A stretch of DNA of 37,380 bases from a virus, in the IMG/VR virus record IMGVR_UViG_3300045988_022742, positions 1 through 37,380 of that record. One strand, written 5' to 3'. The notes below the pieces were generated by a model. It saw only the letters and a list, made by a program, of their open reading frames with translations, did not search any database and was not told the DNA's origin. The translations under genes were made by a program, and so were the position numbers. Shown piece by piece: positions 33,046 through 37,380 of the stretch. Numbering within the stretch: position 1 is the first letter of the stretch; each line of letters begins with the position of its first letter.

Positions 33046-33303
33046 CTATAGATAATTCTTATGAAATATCTTCATAAACTCATTTCTTGTGTGTACTTCT
33101 TCAAATGCCCGTTGGCATTCCTTTTTAAGCTTCATGTCTAATTTGTGATTGAAATGTACTCCTTCACTGCTCATGTTGTGATGTCTAGCGCATAATCTTA
33201 CATAACACCCATGCTCAATTGATTTTTTTCGGTTTGCAGTACCAAAATATATTTCATGTGTATGTAAATTCAATGTTGAACCACATACATAGCATTTAGA
33301 CAT
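33046..33303 (-). CDS. Small Cys/His zinc-binding (HNH-like) protein
   Basis: CYVCG...HTHEI...LCARHHN...GVH pattern. Weak SD. Confidence 0.5.
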   Translation of the reverse strand: MSKCYVCGSTLNLHTHEIYFGTANRKKSIEHGCYVRLCARHHNMSSEGVHFNHKLDMKLKKECQRAFEEVHTRNEFMKIFHKNYL

Positions 33304-33341
33304 ATCACTTTGTAAGATTGACTTATCTCTTTTCTTTATTC

Positions 33342-33977
33342 CTATGCCCTCGCAATCTTTTCTTTATATCCTTTAATTAATGTGCCATAAGCTTTAATTG
33401 TGGATTGCAACTGAGGTTCGTTTAGCTTCTGTAAATCTTGTGATTCACAATTTGAATGTTTAAGAATCCAACTTGCATATTGTTCTCTAAAGTCAATTCC
33501 TAATTCATTCATTTCAGTTTGAAGTGAAATAAATTTCTTAACAGTTTCTTCTTTTGGTTCAAGTTCTTTTTTCTTATCTTCCTCCGGTAAATCTTCACCG
33601 GCATAAATGTATAAACCTAAACCATGACGAGCAATTGCTTTTGTTAAACTTCTTTGAATTGCTTTATTAACATCAAATGATGTTAGCTTATCAAGCGCGA
33701 TTGATTTGTTCTTGTAATCCATTACAGGCAATTCTTCAATGTGTTCTAATCCATCAATAATTACACTTGTTTTAACCCAAGCAGTACGACCATCTGTAAA
33801 GTAATTAATAGGTCCGTATTCTGATTCACGTTCGTAAATCTTATATTGAGCATTTGGATATTTCTTTTTAACTTCTCCCCATGCCCATGCCCATGACAAA
33901 TAACTCAGATTATTCTTTTTTTCTACTTTGTCATTCACATTGATTTCATTCAGTGTTTGAAATACTGATTTCTCCAT
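33342..33977 (-). CDS. Sak/DUF1071 (RAD52-like) single-strand annealing protein
   Basis: LSYLSWAWAWGEVKKKYPNAQYKIYE and GLGLYIYAGEDLP are hallmark Sak motifs. Confidence 0.75.
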   Translation of the reverse strand: MEKSVFQTLNEINVNDKVEKKNNLSYLSWAWAWGEVKKKYPNAQYKIYERESEYGPINYFTDGRTAWVKTSVIIDGLEHIEELPVMDYKNKSIALDKLTSFDVNKAIQRSLTKAIARHGLGLYIYAGEDLPEEDKKKELEPKEETVKKFISLQTEMNELGIDFREQYASWILKHSNCESQDLQKLNEPQLQSTIKAYGTLIKGYKEKIARA

Positions 33978-34075
33978 CTTCCATTTCTCCTTTTAATTTG
34001 TTATAATTTAAGTGTTCTTATTTTAAGAACGTCATTTCTTGTGTGTGCGTGCTTTGTCGAGTGCGCACCTCTTTT

Positions 34076-34306
34076 TTATAGAAATAACATTGCATACGAT
34101 TTACCTAAACAAGCTATTGAAACTAACAGAATCACGATTGTTGCGAATAACATAATGTTAATTCCTGTTGTGATTCTTTTTTGATACCTTTGTTCTCTAA
34201 TAAGTTCTTTTTCTTCTTTGCTTAAATGTATTCGTTTTGGATTAAATGGATAAATGCTCAACTCCATTTCATCCTCCTGTATTGCATTCATTCTTATATC
34301 TTGCAT
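34076..34306 (-). CDS. Small protein with a C-terminal TM segment
   Basis: ORF track. SD is AAAGGAGTTAG. Confidence 0.6.
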   Translation of the reverse strand: MQDIRMNAIQEDEMELSIYPFNPKRIHLSKEEKELIREQRYQKRITTGINIMLFATIVILLVSIACLGKSYAMLFL

Positions 34307-34308
34307 AA

Positions 34309-34569
34309 CTAACTCCTTTTAAATGATTTTCTAGCTTCGGGACAACACTTCAAGAAATATTCTGTTGGAATTACATTCTGATTAACATTTCTATATACAA
34401 ATGTATCTTCCCAAGCAGTACCTGTTTCTTTTTTATAGAACTCTTTAACTGCTTTCATAATCTTGCTTGATTGGTGTCTTTGGTAGTCTTTTGAATGTTC
34501 GTTCATATCAAAAACATTTACCAAATCGTCTTTATTTAAATATGATTTGTAATTAATAATCACTTTCAT
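34309..34569 (-). CDS. Hypothetical protein
   Basis: ORF track. Confidence 0.6.
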   Translation of the reverse strand: MKVIINYKSYLNKDDLVNVFDMNEHSKDYQRHQSSKIMKAVKEFYKKETGTAWEDTFVYRNVNQNVIPTEYFLKCCPEARKSFKRS

Positions 34570-34732
34570 ACACCTCCATTCTAGATTCGCAAGTGTTGAT
34601 TTGATTTACTTCTTGCAAATCCCTAACATTCAATTGATTCGCAATTTCTTTTGCTTCTGCACTGTTATGTGCTTCAACCTCGAACGTAACATTTGCAGTT
34701 ACGTCGAAGGTTACGAAATATGTTCTAGTCAT
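34553..34732 (-). CDS. Hypothetical 59-aa protein (start MTRTYFV)
   Basis: The ATG at 34732 lies 6 nt after GAGGTG. The track's ATG at 34756 has no SD. Confidence 0.6.
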   Translation of the reverse strand: MTRTYFVTFDVTANVTFEVEAHNSAEAKEIANQLNVRDLQEVNQINTCESRMEVYESDY

Positions 34733-34853
34733 GTTTCTCACCTCTTTTCGATTCATCTAAGATACAAGCGATATATCCTTGATGAAATTCTGAAAGCTCA
34801 TAGCCTTTCTTTTGTAGTTCGCCTAAGGCTTCAAAAATTCTCTTGTCTAGTAT
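34725..34853 (-). CDS. Hypothetical 42-aa protein apparently initiated at ATA
   Basis: It fills an otherwise empty 172-nt gap. ATA lies 5 nt after GGAGGTG. The stop codon overlaps the next gene's start (ATGACTAG). No canonical start exists in this frame. Confidence 0.4.
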   Translation of the reverse strand: MLDKRIFEALGELQKKGYELSEFHQGYIACILDESKRGEKHD

Positions 34854-34905
34854 TGTTTCACCTCCATGACCTGTCTCATCAGTGCTAGTAGGTCATCTCT
34901 AGCAG

Positions 34906-34923
34906 ATAAGCCTTTCGGCTTAT
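34906..34923 (-). other. Stable hairpin ATAAGCC-GAAA-GGCTTAT after the ArdC-N-like gene
   Basis: Read directly. There is no U-tract on the - strand, so its terminator function is uncertain. Confidence 0.4.
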
Positions 34924-34928
34924 TTCGA

Positions 34929-35213
34929 CTAATTCATTAATTGTGGTTTGCCTTTGGTTTCAATTCTTTCAACTTGGTCTAGCTTAAATAAGAAAGCTTT
35001 TGCTAAGAAGAAATTGTTTTCTTCAGCTTCTTTTCCATCAACTGATTCAACTTTCTTTGATTTGCGTTTCCAAAGTTTTGTGCAAACTGTAGCATGCTCA
35101 CCTTTTTTAACTTTGAATCCCATTTCTTTCCATTTAGCGAATGTGTGCAATGGTTCAAATTCTCCCATGCCTAATAACTTCTTTTCATTTTGTATGATTT
35201 GTTCGTTTGTCAT
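34929..35213 (-). CDS. ArdC N-terminal-like ssDNA-binding protein (DUF1738-type)
   Basis: LHTFAKWKEMGFKVKKGEHATVCTKLW resembles the ArdC-N motif (tf.qW..lG..VkKGEk). Confidence 0.5.
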   Translation of the reverse strand: MTNEQIIQNEKKLLGMGEFEPLHTFAKWKEMGFKVKKGEHATVCTKLWKRKSKKVESVDGKEAEENNFFLAKAFLFKLDQVERIETKGKPQLMN

Positions 35214-35230
35214 TTCTTGTGTCCTCCTTA

Positions 35231-35482
35231 TTAATCTTCTTTTAAGTTATTTCTTAATAGACTTAATGTATTTTTTGATTCTTTAACAATCGTGTCTAAT
35301 CTGTTCAAACAATAGTTGTAATGACCGATTTTATTGAATTGATTGTTGTTAATTGCTTCAATTAATTCTTGCTTCAATTCTTCAATTTCATTTTCTGCTT
35401 GTTTGATTTTTGTTTCGTGCACCCAAATGAAATTATCAATTCCTTTTTCTGTTGGTTTTGTATTGTAATCAATTTTGTTCAT
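35231..35482 (-). CDS. Hypothetical protein
   Basis: ORF track. SD is AAGGAGGAAC. Confidence 0.6.
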   Translation of the reverse strand: MNKIDYNTKPTEKGIDNFIWVHETKIKQAENEIEELKQELIEAINNNQFNKIGHYNYCLNRLDTIVKESKNTLSLLRNNLKED

Positions 35483-35625
35483 TTTTTGTTCCTCCTTATT
35501 GATTAGCTTTTAATCTTTCTATTTCTTTTCTAAGCATTTGATTTTGCTTTTGAAGTATGATTTTTCTTGTAAATTCATTACTAAATTTATTGAACATTTT
35601 GTCTTTATATTCTTGTTGTCTTTTT

Positions 35626-35877
35626 CTAATTTCTTCTTGTGATTTCATTTTCTTCATCCTCCCATTTTAAGATTCCTTCTAATTCATATTTGTATGTTTT
35701 ATGAATCAACAATTCCTTTTCAAGTTGTTCAATTCTTTCGCAACTTTGCTTTACGCAATTTAAATGTTCTCTTTGCGCTTCATTAACTAACCATTCTTTT
35801 TCTTGTTCTAGCGAGCGCTCTTTACTTTCGATTTGCCAATTTATTCTTGCTAGCAACTTTTCAATTTCTTTTCTCAT
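35626..35877 (-). CDS. Coiled-coil protein
   Basis: ORF track. SD is GGAGGTAAC. Confidence 0.6.
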   Translation of the reverse strand: MRKEIEKLLARINWQIESKERSLEQEKEWLVNEAQREHLNCVKQSCERIEQLEKELLIHKTYKYELEGILKWEDEENEITRRN

Positions 35878-36104
35878 TATTTGTTACCTCCGATTCTTTT
35901 GATTTCTCTAAGTTCTTCAATTGTTCCGTTTGTTGTATCAAGCCATTTAAAATAAGTAGCTCTTTCTTCAACAACTCCTCTATATGGATGATAGCCATTT
36001 GCATATAGCTCATTAATAAATGCTTTCTTTGTAGGGTATTCCATTTCAATGAATACCTTTCTACCTGTATGTTTTTCAACTGCTAATGTTACGTATGTTT
36101 TCAT
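35877..36104 (-). CDS. First early-operon protein (75 aa, MKTYVTLAVEK...); no recognisable HTH
   Basis: The ATG at 36104 follows GGAGGAAC. It sits in the Cro position but does not resemble Cro. Confidence 0.6.
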   Translation of the reverse strand: MKTYVTLAVEKHTGRKVFIEMEYPTKKAFINELYANGYHPYRGVVEERATYFKWLDTTNGTIEELREIKRIGGNK

Positions 36105-36120
36105 TTCTTGTTCCTCCATT

Positions 36121-36148
36121 TTTTGTGTTGTTTTGTGTTGTTTTGTAA
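36121..36148. repeat. Tandem 10-bp repeat ttttgtgttg x2.7 (CA-rich 5' leader on the - strand)
   Basis: Read directly. Confidence 0.85.
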
Positions 36149-36149
36149 C

Positions 36150-36220
36150 TTACGTGTATAGTATACAACACATTGTGTACATTTACAAGTATAAATTGTA
36201 ATTGTTGTGTACATTTATAT
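36150..36220. promoter_or_regulatory. Lysis-lysogeny switch region with divergent promoters and operators
   Basis: On the - strand, TTGTAA-17-TATACT. A 13-bp palindrome TGTATAGTATACA lies at 36155-36167. The direct repeat TTGTGTACATTTA occurs at 36173-36185 and 36205-36217 (32-bp spacing). On the + strand, TGATAAAAT is an extended -10 before the repressor gene. Confidence 0.6.
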
Positions 36221-36257
36221 TTTTAATGATAAAATGAAATAAAGGAGGTTATTTTTT

Positions 36258-36635
36258 TTGACTACAGGAGAAAGAGTAAAAGAGTTAAGGAATGCATTAA
36301 ATTTAACTCAAACAGAGTTTGGTTCAAGAATTGGTGTTTCTAGAAATTCTGTTGCAAGTTATGAAAGTGGCGTTAGAAATATGAATGATTACATTCTTAA
36401 AAACATCTGTAGAACATTTAATGCCGATTATTTTTGGCTTACTGAAGGCATTGGAGATATGTTTTTAGATGTACCGGATAACACTATTGATGAATTAATT
36501 GATGAATACCAAATCAACCCAAACCAAAAGCCACTTATAAAGGCTTATCTAAAATCAAGCGAAGAAACAAAGGAAAGGTTATTAGATTTCATTTATGGAA
36601 TTATTAAGGAATTAGACAATGCGGAACAAAACTAA
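36258..36635 (+). CDS. CI-like XRE-family HTH repressor
   Basis: TTG start 7 nt after AAGGAGGT. The N-terminal ERVKELRNALNLTQTEFGSRIGVSRNSVASYESG is a classic XRE HTH. The gene is divergent from the early operon. Confidence 0.85.
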   Translation: MTTGERVKELRNALNLTQTEFGSRIGVSRNSVASYESGVRNMNDYILKNICRTFNADYFWLTEGIGDMFLDVPDNTIDELIDEYQINPNQKPLIKAYLKSSEETKERLLDFIYGIIKELDNAEQN

Positions 36636-37263
36636 AACACCACCTATTCAAAAAGGTGGAAGTAAGAAGAAAAAGATATTATTATGGTGTGCAATTATTA
36701 TTGTCGTTTTTTATGCAATTATTGCTATTGCTCCTAGTGAACCACAAAAAAAGCTTACATACACTGAAGAAATAGCAGAAAATTGGGCAGTACCGGAAAA
36801 AGAGGTAAAATCTATTGTATCCGTTGCGAAAGAACTAGGAATTAAAAAGTCAAAACTTCATATCACTCATTTAGATGAGGATTCTTGCACAATTAAATAT
36901 ATAGACACTGATATTACCTTTAATATCAAAAATGATACTGTAAGCACTGTTAAAAAGGATGAAACAGTATTCTATGAAAATGGTTCAGTTACTAGAATGC
37001 CTAGGACTGTTATAATGACACTAGCAGAAAAAGAAGCTTTATATGATTGGGTGAACATGGCAATAGCAGTTCATTCAGATTTCAATATATCTGAATTAGA
37101 TAAAATATCAAATTTTGATTGGATTAAACAAGATAATTCATATGCAGTAAAAGGATACGCATATGTAGATGATAAGAAACTTGGCTTTGTCATTACTTGT
37201 GATTGGACAGGAAACACTGATGAAGCACCAACATTTAAAGAAATTCAATGGTTTCCAAACTAA
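36619..37263 (+). CDS. Membrane-anchored protein co-transcribed with the repressor (candidate superinfection-exclusion function)
   Basis: N-terminal Lys-rich segment plus TM helix LLWCAIIIVVFYAIIAIA. No HEXXH motif. Confidence 0.65.
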   Translation: MRNKTKTPPIQKGGSKKKKILLWCAIIIVVFYAIIAIAPSEPQKKLTYTEEIAENWAVPEKEVKSIVSVAKELGIKKSKLHITHLDEDSCTIKYIDTDITFNIKNDTVSTVKKDETVFYENGSVTRMPRTVIMTLAEKEALYDWVNMAIAVHSDFNISELDKISNFDWIKQDNSYAVKGYAYVDDKKLGFVITCDWTGNTDEAPTFKEIQWFPN

Positions 37264-37290
37264 AAAAGAGCGAAATTAATCGCTCTTTTC
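37264..37290 (+). terminator. Rho-independent terminator
   Basis: AGAGCGA-AATTAA-TCGCTCT followed by TTTC. Confidence 0.7.
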
Positions 37291-37380
37291 ATCTGTGGAA
37301 TTTATCCAAATTCGTTGCGTATAATGTAAGCGTCAAATAGGACCCATATTAAAAGAACGATCTCTTTGTGAAATAATAGA

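Larger units (their letters stand above)
162..37290 (-). mobile_element. Temperate siphovirus-type phage/prophage segment (lysogeny switch, replication, packaging, head, tail, lysis, morons). True ends are not identifiable in this window.
   Basis: Contiguous, tightly packed, co-oriented phage modules with a divergent CI-like repressor. No integrase or att site seen. Confidence 0.85.

Noticed and set aside
33304-33341. ATA start (GAGGG + 7 nt) extending the zinc-binding protein 33046-33303 by 13 residues
   Set aside because: Homologues, as far as I recall, begin close to the first CxxC, and the ATG is available. The call is too ambiguous to count among the ATA starts.
34875-34882. CUGAUGAG (hammerhead core motif) on the - strand, near GAAA/GAAAC elements
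   Set aside because: I could not build stems I-III or a stem II hairpin between CUGAUGAG and GAAAC. The GAAAC is part of the SD spacer, so this is most likely coincidence.
128-35286. Many + strand ORFs in the track: 128-367, 617-799, 5510-5716, 5632-5883, 5891-6124, 6308-6574, 7503-7715, 8537-8755, 10163-10351, 11439-11657, 11772-11966, 12375-12608, 13841-14041, 16055-16246, 16310-16783, 17361-17579, 17685-17894, 20013-20228, 20430-20633, 24345-24650, 25440-25625, 26152-26355, 27662-27940, 27961-28149, 28228-28416, 28588-28782, 28807-29121, 30911-31168, 34601-34888, 34948-35286
   Set aside because: All are antisense to well-supported - strand genes, lack Shine-Dalgarno sites, and translate to low-complexity Ser/Phe/Leu/Ile-rich strings typical of the reverse strand of AT-rich coding DNA.
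35861-36079. 72-aa - strand ORF overlapping 35877-36104
   Set aside because: It is an alternative frame inside the first early gene, has no SD, and the competing frame starts right after GGAGGAAC.
37291-37380. Integrase, attachment site or prophage boundary at the right end
   Set aside because: Only 90 nt remain after the terminator. A weak TATAAT is present, but there is no ORF or repeat that could be matched to the left end.

Overview
Strongly AT-rich window that is almost entirely one temperate siphovirus-type phage or prophage of a low-GC Firmicute. The gene content is Clostridia/Bacilli-like: XkdX, Sak, ArpU-like regulator, phage_holin_4-type holin, CHAP endolysin, GP20 scaffold, Gp15-type chaperone. 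A CI-like XRE repressor and a membrane protein lie on the + strand at the right end (36258-37263). About 75 other genes run on the - strand. In order they are: an operator/promoter region (36105-36257), early/replication genes (ArdC-N-like, Sak, RusA, Rep with internal iterons, DUF3310, dUTPase-like, SSB), an ArpU-like late regulator, a tRNA-like gene, a ParB-like/GT-A/radical-SAM trio, terminase, portal, a displaced fibre module, head genes, tail genes, holin, a 5-gene cargo operon, endolysin, and a small-gene moron region. No integrase, att site, CRISPR array or rRNA is visible. Main finding: at least 12 genes have no ATG/GTG/TTG start where homology and gene packing require one. They include portal, capsid, major tail, tape measure, Dit, both fibre genes, holin, endolysin and Rep. 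Each has an in-frame ATA placed 5-8 nt (11 nt for the tape measure if counted from the GGAGG core) after a strong GGAGG-type Shine-Dalgarno sequence. The phage also carries a 76-nt tRNA-like gene (25216-25291, - strand) with anticodon UAU. Its acceptor end and D-arm carry bacterial initiator-tRNA signatures: 1:72 mismatch, G2:C71, C3:G70, A73, A11:U24. I infer a phage-encoded AUA-decoding initiator-like tRNA system. This is unverified because I could run no tools. Secondary leads: an operon with its own terminator and promoter-like region splitting holin from endolysin (BclA-C/C1q-like protein, Cys-rich membrane protein, Q/N-rich proteins, sigma-region-4-like regulator); a possible DNA-modification trio; a fibre module inserted in the head module; duplicated operator-promoters and a candidate sRNA in the moron region.
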